In this document: in pieces, positions 1 to 7,702 of the stretch
How positions within the stretch are numbered: position 1 is the stretch's first letter
Layout: the number at the start of each line of letters is the position of its first letter
Made by a program: the position numbers and the translations under genes
Notes under the pieces: generated by a model
What the model saw: only the letters and a program-made list of their open reading frames with translations
What the model was told of the DNA's origin: nothing
Databases searched by the model: none
Assembly (NCBI GenBank): GCA_003056265.1
Contig: NBVN01000006.1
Span: 30,001-62,000, forward strand
DNA from: Zestosphaera tikiterensis
Lineage (GTDB): Archaea; Thermoproteota; Thermoprotei_A; Sulfolobales; NBVN01
Length of the DNA stretch: 32,000 nt
Direction: 5' to 3'

Positions 1-386
1 TCAAGAGGTTTTCAATACCTATAGCTTTATTTCTAAACGAATCAACCTTAACTCATAAGGTTAAGGAAGCGACTATCACGTATTTAATGAGTTTAATCGT
101 TAGGTTAAGGCTTGATATTCCAGTACTCCCGGTAGTGAGTAAGAGCGACTTACTAAGCGATACATCAACCCATAATTTCCCAGACGAGTTATCAACCTTA
201 AGTCTTAAGCTCAGGAGTGAAGGTGAGGACCTACTTTCAGAGTTTATGAATGACTTACTAACGGTTGTGAAGCATTACGCAATACCTACGAGGTTAGTTA
301 AGGTTTCAGTCATAACGCGTGAGGGGTTTGAAGACTTGTATGCGTTAATACATGAGGTTTTCTGTGCTTGCGGAGATTTAACTTAA
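1..386 (+). CDS. GPN-loop GTPase (PAB0955-like), C-terminal part; 5' end lies outside the window
   Basis: The frame is open from the window edge to TAA at 384-386. VVSKSDLL looks like an NKxD-type G4 motif variant. The acidic helical tail and ITREGFEDLYALI ending are typical of archaeal GPN-loop GTPases. Confidence 0.5.
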   Translation, partial: KRFSIPIALFLNESTLTHKVKEATITYLMSLIVRLRLDIPVLPVVSKSDLLSDTSTHNFPDELSTLSLKLRSEGEDLLSEFMNDLLTVVKHYAIPTRLVKVSVITREGFEDLYALIHEVFCACGDLT

Positions 387-662
387 GCCACGTTAACGAG
401 CATGTAAAACAAGGCATTTAACGAGTAAGTTTCTAAGCGTAAAAACGTAGAAATATGCTTGTTGAGGTTTTCGTAAACCTTTATTTCTTACTCTCCTCTC
501 CTTCTTTCTTTTCCTTCTTCTTTGCGGACTTCTTACAACTCATTTAGAGAGTATTTTATTCCATTATAGTTATTTTAAAAAGTCACCGCCATTACATAGG
601 GTAATCATTTAAGGTGGAGGTTACGTGCTTATTATCTGATCTTCATTATTTGCTCGGGTAGG

Positions 663-956
663 TTGGCAATGGATATCTACGTAGCTATAGCGTTTGGTGT
701 TTTAACGGGGTATTTACTAAGTAGGCGTTTCGTACCTAATGGCTTAAGATTTAAAGTTAAGAATTCCTTAGAGATTGCTTTAAATGTTTTGGTGTATCTT
801 CTGATATTCTTAATAGGTCTGAGGTCTGCTGAAGTCTTGAGCGAGTTCCTCAACAGAGGGGTTGAGTCTGTAGTGCTTGTTCTACTGTCTTCAGCTTTGC
901 CTTTAATATTCAGCGTTGTTACGGCGTTGATACTTGTTAGAGGTGTTAATGATTGA
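663..956 (+). CDS. LysO/DUF340 family exporter, small N-terminal ORF
   Basis: Three predicted TM helices. GYLLSRRF...VLVYLLIFLIGLRSA resembles the N-terminus of E. coli YbjE/LysO as I recall it. TTG at 663 or ATG at 669 could be the start. It overlaps the next ORF by 4 nt (TTGA). Confidence 0.6.
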   Translation: MAMDIYVAIAFGVLTGYLLSRRFVPNGLRFKVKNSLEIALNVLVYLLIFLIGLRSAEVLSEFLNRGVESVVLVLLSSALPLIFSVVTALILVRGVND

Positions 957-1570
957 GTGGTCGTGACTTAAGGTTTTTAAAGAAGCCTTTAAGCGTTTTA
1001 CTTACTCTCGGTTTAGGCGTCCTCGTAGGTTCTTACTTAAGCCTTACTTCAGCTGTTGACGATTTTATTAACTACTTGCTTTTGGCTTTGATTTTCGCGG
1101 CTGGTGTGTTGATAGGCTATGATTTAGAGAGTTCTTTAATTGAATTGCGTAGAAACGTTAGTTACTTATTGCTTCCTGTGGCTACTACGTTAGGCTCGAT
1201 AACTAGCGGTTTATTAATTCACTTAATAACCAACGCCCCTTTAAACTATGTGTTAGCGACTGTGGCCGGTATGGGTTGGTATACGTTCACAGGCAGCTAT
1301 ATAGCGGCGCTTAACCCCTACTACGGCTTTATAGCCTACACTTCAAACATATTGAGGGAGGTTTACACATTCTTAACGTATCACGTACTGCATAGGAGGT
1401 TAGGCATTAAAGCCATAGCGGCCGGCGGCGCTACAACCATGGACACCACCTTACCTCTTATTATGTCTGTCGGCGGTTCTAAAGCGGGTGTGATGGCTTT
1501 CCTACATGGCTTCATAATAACTTTATTGGTGCCCGTGATCGTGCCTGCTTTAGCGCATCTAAACACGTGA
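953..1570 (+). CDS. LysO/DUF340 family exporter, large C-terminal ORF
   Basis: GMGWYTFTGSY, GGATTMDTTLPLI and HGFIITLLVPVIV match the conserved C-terminal core of LysO (recalled YbjE: GFGWYSLSG, GATSMDFTLPV, HGFILSLLVPIL). Confidence 0.7.
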   Translation: MSGRDLRFLKKPLSVLLTLGLGVLVGSYLSLTSAVDDFINYLLLALIFAAGVLIGYDLESSLIELRRNVSYLLLPVATTLGSITSGLLIHLITNAPLNYVLATVAGMGWYTFTGSYIAALNPYYGFIAYTSNILREVYTFLTYHVLHRRLGIKAIAAGGATTMDTTLPLIMSVGGSKAGVMAFLHGFIITLLVPVIVPALAHLNT

Positions 1571-1624
1571 TTAACTTGAAGAACGTAGAGCTTATTTAGA
1601 CACGTTTAAACCTCTGAAGTCGGG

Positions 1625-2914
1625 GTGAGTGGGTTGGGGTTTGAGGGGTTTATCGCGTCTGCGTTGATCGTTTTTCTAACTGCTTCGTTAATTTTAAGGA
1701 GTAGGTGGCCTTGGATACCTGTCTGGTCTATAATGATGTTCACGTCGTTTATAGCTGTCGCGTCAGGTTTAATCGCGTTTGACGAGGTTGGACGTCACAT
1801 AGATTTAAACGTTATTTTCTTCTTGATAGGTATGTTCAGCATAGTTTCCTTAGCTAACTCCTCAGGACTTCTAGACTTTCTAGCTTACGTAGTAGTCTCT
1901 AAGCTAAAGAGTAGGTGGTCCGCAATCATAACTTCGTCGTTGCTTTTCGGTTTGATGGCTGCTTTCTTAGTTAATGATTCCGTAGCTCTTTTAGGTCCTC
2001 CCATAGCTTTCTTCATATCTAAGGTCGCTAATGTCGATCCGGAAATGATGTGCTTGCTTCTCATGTTTTCTCTTACGGTAGGGTCTGTGATGACTCCTAT
2101 AGGCAACCCTCAAAACATGCTTATAGCTGTTGAGTCAGGTATGGACGCACCCTTCATTTACTTCATAGCACGTCTTGCTATACCGACGTTATTAAATTTA
2201 ATATTGACTCCGTTAATTTTAATTAAGATTTACAATGTTAAGAACGTTAAGCTTGACTCAACAGCTATGATCCCGCAAGAAATGATAAGGAATAGAAGGG
2301 ATGCGTTGCTAAGCGGTTTAGGGTTGGCAGCTACTGTAGCGGGAATAGTTGTTAACGACGTCTTTGCTTTGATTGGATTACCACACGTGACTGAAAGAGG
2401 TTTTATTCCGTTGCTTGTTGCTTCAGCTCTATATATCTTCGCTTCAAAGCCTAGGAAGGTTTTAGAAGGTGTTGATTGGGGCACGATACTCTTCTTCATA
2501 GGTATGTTCATAACTATGGACGCTATATGGTCTGGTGGCGTGCTTCAGGAAGTACTTCCATACATACACGCTTTTAAATCTGAAGGCCTTATAGACATAT
2601 ACGCAATAACGGTGGCTTCACTAACTTTAAGTCAGTTACTTAGTAACGTACCATTTACTAAGCTCTACATAACCTACATGCGTGATTTAGGATACTCAGG
2701 TACGGACATCACCTCATGGCTAACCTTAGCTACATCCTCAACGATCGCGGGGAACCTAACATTGCTTGGCGCTGCGTCAAACATAATAGTTCTTGAAGCG
2801 TTGGAATCTAAGTATGGGAGAACCGTAAGCTTCGTGAAATTCCTTAAAGTAGGGTCTGTAGTAACTGTAGCCAACGTCTTGACATATATTCCATTCCTGG
2901 CTCTCAATTTCTAA
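1625..2914 (+). CDS. ArsB/NhaD (CitMHS/YbiR-like) superfamily anion permease
   Basis: 429 aa and polytopic. TPIGNPQNMLIA is the hallmark motif of this permease superfamily. A second-half repeat motif (GNLTLLGAASNIIV) is present. Confidence 0.7.
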   Translation: MSGLGFEGFIASALIVFLTASLILRSRWPWIPVWSIMMFTSFIAVASGLIAFDEVGRHIDLNVIFFLIGMFSIVSLANSSGLLDFLAYVVVSKLKSRWSAIITSSLLFGLMAAFLVNDSVALLGPPIAFFISKVANVDPEMMCLLLMFSLTVGSVMTPIGNPQNMLIAVESGMDAPFIYFIARLAIPTLLNLILTPLILIKIYNVKNVKLDSTAMIPQEMIRNRRDALLSGLGLAATVAGIVVNDVFALIGLPHVTERGFIPLLVASALYIFASKPRKVLEGVDWGTILFFIGMFITMDAIWSGGVLQEVLPYIHAFKSEGLIDIYAITVASLTLSQLLSNVPFTKLYITYMRDLGYSGTDITSWLTLATSSTIAGNLTLLGAASNIIVLEALESKYGRTVSFVKFLKVGSVVTVANVLTYIPFLALNF

Positions 2915-3036
2915 CTTCATTTACGTGGAGGGCGGGAGAGTTTAAAACTGCTTTTATCTCTTAACCGCGTTATCGCTGAATACGTATCTATGGCTGCGGA
3001 CCTCCTTAAGTTAACAACCCTTACGTAACAGCGTCT

Positions 3037-3643
3037 TACAACTGAAAGCCCCGCCTTTTAAGATGGGATGGATAGGTTTATAAGTAATTGCTTTTAATTT
3101 ATTTGGTGATGATGTTTAATGTGTGTGGGAGGTAAACCTCAAGCAATATCAACTAAAGCGTATATACAACCTATACAACGCCTCCCACATGAATGCTTGA
3201 GGCTCTCTAAAGGTCGATGATTGATTAGAAATCCCATAACCCCAAGTCCCCGAAGGGGGATAGGGGTAATGGGCCGGAGGCCCGGCCCGGAGGTGAATGA
3301 AAAAGATGTACCTCCAAACCAATGAACCGCCCGAAGGGAGACCCCCACCCTTCAGAGCGGGGAGGAGGTCAGAGTTGTCGGCACTACCGTCGTTACGGTG
3401 GAGGTCCCTAAACCGTATCAAAAAAGAATGAATTGAAAAAGGAACTCCGATATACGGCGATGACCAAATGTCATGAACGTCTGAACCTGCCGATAAGTAA
3501 TACTTAAGTCCTTGATCCCATAAACTCATTAAGTATGTTACCGTCCTGTTGTCGTAGGAGTCCCAAAGACCGTTTACCTCAGCCACGTCCCAATACGGGC
3601 AACTGCCCTCTCTCCGCCTTTAAAGGCGAGGCTTTCAGTTGTA
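3037..3643. mobile_element. Non-autonomous (MITE-like) element bounded by 26-nt imperfect terminal inverted repeats
   Basis: 3037-3062 tacaactgaaagccccgccttttaag matches the reverse complement of 3618-3643, tacaactgaaagcctcgcctttaaag, at 24 of 26 positions. The interior has no credible transposase. It is GC-rich and full of hairpins, and parts of it recur at 6595-6640 and 24557-24592. Confidence 0.45.
3440..3620 (-). pseudogene. Possible remnant of a PHP/CehA-type metallohydrolase C-terminus
   Basis: The minus frame reads GSCPYWDVAEVNGLWDSYDNRTVTYLMSLWDQGLKYYLSAGSDVHDIWSSPYIGVP. The W..L...G......GSDxH pattern is PHP-like. The frame opens directly after a TAA, has no convincing start, and runs into repeat sequence. 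Confidence 0.25.
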
Positions 3644-3766
3644 GCCTCATCAACAACTGTTAAGGAAGTCGTTTATGAAGTTAGGTGGGATGTAACAGCG
3701 GTTGCGACTATAGCGTTTTTAGCGTTGGGATTCGGATTAGGTTACTTAATCTACAGAAGGAAGTAG
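3644..3766 (+). pseudogene. Orphan C-terminal membrane-anchor fragment
   Basis: The frame ending at TAG 3764-3766 reads ...KEVVYEVRWDVTAVATIAFLALGFGLGYLIYRRK, a TM helix plus basic tail. The frame is open back to 3533 but has no ATG/GTG/TTG start upstream of the anchor. It begins at the right inverted repeat. Confidence 0.25.
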
Positions 3767-3894
3767 CTAGGTCTTAGCGAGTAGAGTTTTTTAACTTTAA
3801 ATTAAGGTTGTTTGCTTTAAGTTCTTCCACACGTGTTAACACCGCTATGGAGTTTACATGATTTTTATTTACGTGGTAAGTATTCAAGAAGGTA

Positions 3895-5259
3895 GTGACG
3901 TTGAACGTTATCGTAAATAAGCATGAGTTAATTAAAGACCATGTACATAGAGACTTGCTGGAAATACTTGAAGCAGGCGTTAAAGCAGCTAACCCTCAAG
4001 ACAGCGTTGTCGAGGCTTTAAGGCTGGTTGACAGGGGTCTCTGCGTTTATGATGCCTGCTATCCCATACGAGGGTCTATACATGTTGTGGGTTTCGGTAA
4101 AGCATCCGTAAATATGGCGTTGGGTGTGTTGAAGGTGTTAGGGGATTTAATCGTCGGTGGTGTAGTGATAACGACGGAGGGTGTTAACGTAGATTATGTG
4201 GGTAGGGTTAAAGTTTTTGCTGGAGAGCATCCCATACCTGGTGAAGGAACTCTTAAAGCTAGTGGTGAACTTCTTAAATACTTAAGTAGTGAAGTTAAGA
4301 ACAACGACTTAGTAATAGTGCTTATCTCTGGAGGGGGTTCAGCACTTTTTGAGGTTCCATACCCTCCTTTAGACCTTAAAGACATAGCTGAAACGACAAG
4401 CCTGCTTATGAAGTCAGGCGCTGATATAGTTGAGCTCAACACCGTTAGGAAACACTTAAGTAGGGTTAAGGGCGGACGTCTTCTAGAGTACTTAAGTAAG
4501 GCCGATAAGGTTATCTCGTTAATTGTTTCCGACGTCGTAGGGGATGAGATACAGTATATAGCTTCAGGACCTACGACATACGACACAACCACGTATAGAG
4601 ACTCCATAGATGTTTTAAAGCGTAGGGGAGTTTGGGATTTAATCCCGGAGAAAGTTAGGAGTTTCTTAATTGCTGGGGCTAGGGGGGAGATCCCTGAAAC
4701 CGTTAAACCAGGTGACCCATTACTAGATAAGGTTAGGAATTTCGTAATAGCTAGTAATAGAAAGTCTTTAGACGCTATGGCTTTAAAAGCAAGGGATTTA
4801 GGGTACAGCCCAACCATATTAACGCCCTTCATGGAGGGTGAAGCTAGAGAGGTGGGGAGGTTCTTAGCTAGCGTAGCTAAATACATAGCCATCAAAGAAA
4901 GGAACGTTAAAACCGCCTTACTACTCGGTGGGGAAACTACAGTAACAGTCAAAGGTTCGGGAGTTGGGGGTAGGAATCAGGAACTATGCGTATCTTTCGC
5001 AAACAGCGTCCATGGAGTTAAAGGTATTTACATAGCTACTATAGGATCCGACGGTAAGGATGGGAATAGCCCGGCTGCTGGAGGCATATGCGATTGGAGG
5101 CTCTCAGAGGAAGCGTTAAGAAAAGGTTTAAACGTTAATGAACACCTACAGAACAACGATACATACACGTTATTAAGTAAGCTAAAAAGAGCTATAATCA
5201 CAGGACCCACCGGAACAAACGTAAATGACTTAGTAGTTATAGTCGTAGTACCTACATAA
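3895..5259 (+). CDS. Glycerate 2-kinase / hydroxypyruvate reductase family (DUF4147 + MOFRL domains)
   Basis: 454 aa with family motifs ISGGGSALFE, VSDVVGDE, LLGGETTVTVKGSGVGGRNQE, GSDGKDGNSPAAGG and TGPTGTNVND. Confidence 0.8.
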   Translation: MTLNVIVNKHELIKDHVHRDLLEILEAGVKAANPQDSVVEALRLVDRGLCVYDACYPIRGSIHVVGFGKASVNMALGVLKVLGDLIVGGVVITTEGVNVDYVGRVKVFAGEHPIPGEGTLKASGELLKYLSSEVKNNDLVIVLISGGGSALFEVPYPPLDLKDIAETTSLLMKSGADIVELNTVRKHLSRVKGGRLLEYLSKADKVISLIVSDVVGDEIQYIASGPTTYDTTTYRDSIDVLKRRGVWDLIPEKVRSFLIAGARGEIPETVKPGDPLLDKVRNFVIASNRKSLDAMALKARDLGYSPTILTPFMEGEAREVGRFLASVAKYIAIKERNVKTALLLGGETTVTVKGSGVGGRNQELCVSFANSVHGVKGIYIATIGSDGKDGNSPAAGGICDWRLSEEALRKGLNVNEHLQNNDTYTLLSKLKRAIITGPTGTNVNDLVVIVVVPT

Positions 5260-5549
5260 CCTCCATTATATTCTTCTGTTTTCTTACTGTAAGGGTTTCA
5301 GCTAGTAATTCGCTTTCGCGGTTTTCGAAGAGCTTCCTAGGCTGTTTTAGTGTGTCGTAAAGCTTGAATATTATGATGTAAAAGGTTTCAAAGCTGAAAT
5401 TTATTCGGTGTAGAGTGGTTTCAGCTCATATCTGTCTTTTCCTCTTAAAGAAGACCAGAAACTTAAACCTAATTCTTCATTGCTTACCCTAAGGCATCAG
5501 TTTAGTGGTTATTTAAGGTTTAATTTAAAAAGTTTAACACTAACGAGTT

Positions 5550-5777
5550 TTGGAGGTGACTTGTTTGGGTAAAGTTATCACTATAACAGTTCCGGAGTGG
5601 ATTGATGAGAAAAGGTTTAGAGAAATCATAAATAGGGCATTAGCTGAAATTTCACCAAGAATTATGTCTATTGATAGATTGAGGGAAATTTTAGGTGTGA
5701 AAGAACTTAAGGAAGAAATTTCAGATGACGTTTACGTTAGGGAAAAGGAGAAGGAGAGAGTTAAATGGTCGTACTAG
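5550..5777 (+). CDS. VapB-like antitoxin (small protein upstream of the PIN toxin)
   Basis: It overlaps the PIN gene by 13 nt. GGAGGTGA at 5552-5559 followed by TTG at 5565 suggests the true start is 5565 (MGKVITITVPEW...). The C-terminal half is acidic and charged. Confidence 0.6.
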   Translation: MEVTCLGKVITITVPEWIDEKRFREIINRALAEISPRIMSIDRLREILGVKELKEEISDDVYVREKEKERVKWSY

Positions 5778-6097
5778 ACACAAGCGTCATTATATATCGA
5801 GTTAAAAGAAGAGAGGAGATTAAAGAGAACATAACTGGAGTGACCTTTGTTGAATATCCAGCAATAGTGAAGTATAGGAAGTTTTATGGAAACGTTCTAT
5901 TTCCGACCGTTGACGATTTTCTCCTAGCCCATAAGATTCAGGAGGAGCTTTTAAAGATGGGAAAACCAAAAACTTTTGCAGACCTGTTGATCGCGTCAAT
6001 TTGCATCAACAATAGCGAAGAACTCATAACGAAAGATAAAGACTTCTCAGACATCGCGGAGGTCTCAAACTTAAAAGTTAAGGTCGTTGAAGGGTAA
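5765..6097 (+). CDS. vapC: PIN-domain ribonuclease toxin VapC
   Basis: VLDTSVII (first acidic residue), ADLLIASICI and ITKDKDF are PIN signature positions. 110 aa, paired with an upstream small ORF. Confidence 0.8.
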   Translation: MVVLDTSVIIYRVKRREEIKENITGVTFVEYPAIVKYRKFYGNVLFPTVDDFLLAHKIQEELLKMGKPKTFADLLIASICINNSEELITKDKDFSDIAEVSNLKVKVVEG

Positions 6098-6186
6098 TCT
6101 ACGGCAAGATTGTCCAGTGACATAGTTAAGTACTTGACTTGATAAGTGAGTGTAGTATTCGCTGGGTTTCACTTCAGATATGAAGG

Positions 6187-6582
6187 ATGAAAATCTCTGA
6201 AATAGATGGGGTTGCTTTAGTGAAGCCGGCATTAACGTATTTAAGGGGTTCTGTGTTAGTTACTTCACTACGTATGTTAATAACGACGTCTCTATTCCTT
6301 CCTTTAGGGTTGGTTGTTGAGGGTAGGTTCGTAAGTGGGAAACTCCTTAGGGATGTGTTGATTGCTTCGATATTAACGGGGTTTTTAAGCTTGTCTGTAG
6401 GTGTTCTTATATTTACTCAAGCGATAAACGTGGCGGGCGTTTCAGCGTCTATCATCGCTACAGCTCAAACACCTATACTATCTCAAATAACAACTAAACT
6501 CATTAGTAAGGAATCGTTAAGTAGGAGGAATGTCTTAGGGGCTTTCGTAGTTTCAGGAGGTATATTATTGGCTATGCTTTAA
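6187..6582 (+). CDS. EamA-domain (DMT superfamily) half-size membrane protein, possibly a truncated gene
   Basis: Four TM helices. It resembles the second EamA repeat of 10-TM DMT transporters. An in-frame TGA lies directly upstream at 6181-6183. A repeat copy follows the stop codon. Confidence 0.5.
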   Translation: MKISEIDGVALVKPALTYLRGSVLVTSLRMLITTSLFLPLGLVVEGRFVSGKLLRDVLIASILTGFLSLSVGVLIFTQAINVAGVSASIIATAQTPILSQITTKLISKESLSRRNVLGAFVVSGGILLAML

Positions 6583-6594
6583 TATTTACTTTTA

Positions 6595-6640
6595 CTGACC
6601 TCCTCCCTGCCCTGAAGGATGGTTCATTGGTTTGGAGGTA
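6595..6640. repeat. Partial copy of the core of the 3.0-3.6 kb element
   Basis: ctgacctcctccctgccctgaaggatggttcattggtttggaggta aligns to the reverse complement of 3303-3372. The blocks ctgacctcctcc, ctgaagg and ggttcattggtttggaggta are identical. An 18-nt net deletion removes an internal hairpin. Confidence 0.7.
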
Positions 6641-6670
6641 AGTTTATTTACTTAGCTTTCTTAAGTTTGT

Positions 6671-7384
6671 TTGGTGTTTAAGATGATTAAAGCTGTGTCT
6701 TTCGATATATGGTATACGTTGCTTGACTTAAGTAAGTTCTACTTAATAGTGTCTGAAAAGATCTCTGAAGTTTCGGGAAAGCCTTTAAACGTGGTTTCAG
6801 ACCTTATCTTTAAGGCTTACCGCGAAGCTCTTAAGTCAAGGCTTGAGGGGAACTTCAAAAGGATTATAGTTGATTCAGCTGAGTTTTTCGCTTCTCGATT
6901 AGGCATCTCTCCCGAGGAGTTGTTTAGAGCTGTTGTTGCTTCAATTAACGACTCCAGAATTTCCGAAATGCTTTACGATGATGTGTTGGAAACTTTAGAA
7001 ACTCTTAAGTCCTCAGGGTTTAAGTTAGGACTCCTAGGTAATGTGATGTTCTGGCCTGGGATGATTACCAGGTACATACTATATGTTAATAAAGCCTTGA
7101 AGTTCTTCGACGTTACGATATTCTCCGATGAGATAGGACTTCAAAAACCCAGCAGGGAAATCTTCGAATATGAGTCAAGTAAGTTAGGCGTTAAGCTAGA
7201 GGAGATGGTGCACGTCGGGGACTCCGTTGAGAACGACTTAGCTGGAGCTGTAATAGCAGGCGTTAAAGCAGTTTTAATAAATCGATCCTCTCAAACACCG
7301 TGCTTAAGACTGGGGAGGAACGCATGCTTAATAAACACTTTAAGAAAACTTCCAGAAGCTATAGAGGAGTTAAACAAGACATGA
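6671..7384 (+). CDS. HAD-superfamily hydrolase (subfamily IA-like)
   Basis: Motif I is FDIWYTLLD (second Asp replaced by Trp). Motif III Lys is in LQKPSREIF. Motif IV is VGDSVENDLAGA. ATG at 6683 is the more likely start. Confidence 0.7.
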   Translation: MVFKMIKAVSFDIWYTLLDLSKFYLIVSEKISEVSGKPLNVVSDLIFKAYREALKSRLEGNFKRIIVDSAEFFASRLGISPEELFRAVVASINDSRISEMLYDDVLETLETLKSSGFKLGLLGNVMFWPGMITRYILYVNKALKFFDVTIFSDEIGLQKPSREIFEYESSKLGVKLEEMVHVGDSVENDLAGAVIAGVKAVLINRSSQTPCLRLGRNACLINTLRKLPEAIEELNKT

Positions 7385-7404
7385 TTAGATGTAAACGACG
7401 GCTG

Positions 7405-7596
7405 TTAAGAAGAAGTGCTTAATTGAATACACGTCAGCACGATAGACATCAAAACGATGAGGAGTAGAGGTAGGAAATTAGGTATTAAAGACCAACCAAC
7501 AGGGGTTAAGGAAAACATTATAGTGATAACCCCAAATAAAGCTATTGTAAATAGTAGAGATCCTAAGAACTTAGCTAAGACTCTGCCTAAACCCAC
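7405..7596 (-). CDS. Small hypothetical membrane protein (2 TM)
   Basis: 63 aa, GTG start, two clear hydrophobic helices, divergent from the lysA-like gene. There is no family signal. Confidence 0.3.
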   Translation of the reverse strand: MGLGRVLAKFLGSLLFTIALFGVITIMFSLTPVGWSLIPNFLPLLLIVLMSIVLTCIQLSTSS

Positions 7597-7702
7597 TCTC
7601 TATCCCGTGGTGGGGAGGTTTCAAAGTTAATAAACTTAAATAGCGTGTTTAACGCGGTTAGTCACTAGTTAATTTTTAATTATCTTTAGAAGGTTTAGTT
7701 AG

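Noticed and set aside
3098-3160. A C/D box sRNA starting at ggtgatgatg (also considered near 20900-20930 and 21160-21200).
   Set aside because: C-box-like TGATGA strings are present, but there is no properly spaced D box (CTGA) or C'/D' pair within 50-70 nt.
3139-3586. Track ORFs 3149-3586 (145 aa) and 3139-3348 (69 aa) on the minus strand as real genes.
   Set aside because: After the first 50 or so residues the translations are Gly/Pro/Ser/Trp-rich nonsense that follows the GC-rich hairpins of the repeat element. The two ORFs overlap each other in different frames. Only the first part of 3149-3586 looks protein-like, and I list it as a low-confidence remnant.
3020-3660. A target-site duplication flanking the inverted-repeat element.
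   Set aside because: The bases outside the repeats (…agcgtct | … | gcctcat…) share no direct repeat, so a clean recent transposition cannot be claimed.
5260-5549. A possible gene remnant on the minus strand (…AETTLHRINFSFETFYIIIFKLYDTLKQPRKLFENRESELLAETLTVRKQ…) and the repeated 10-mer ggtttcagct at 5294-5303 and 5417-5426.
   Set aside because: The open frame has no start codon and is interrupted upstream by TGA, and I recognise no family motif. The 10-mer repeat corresponds only to a repeated AET tripeptide. This is too weak to call a feature.
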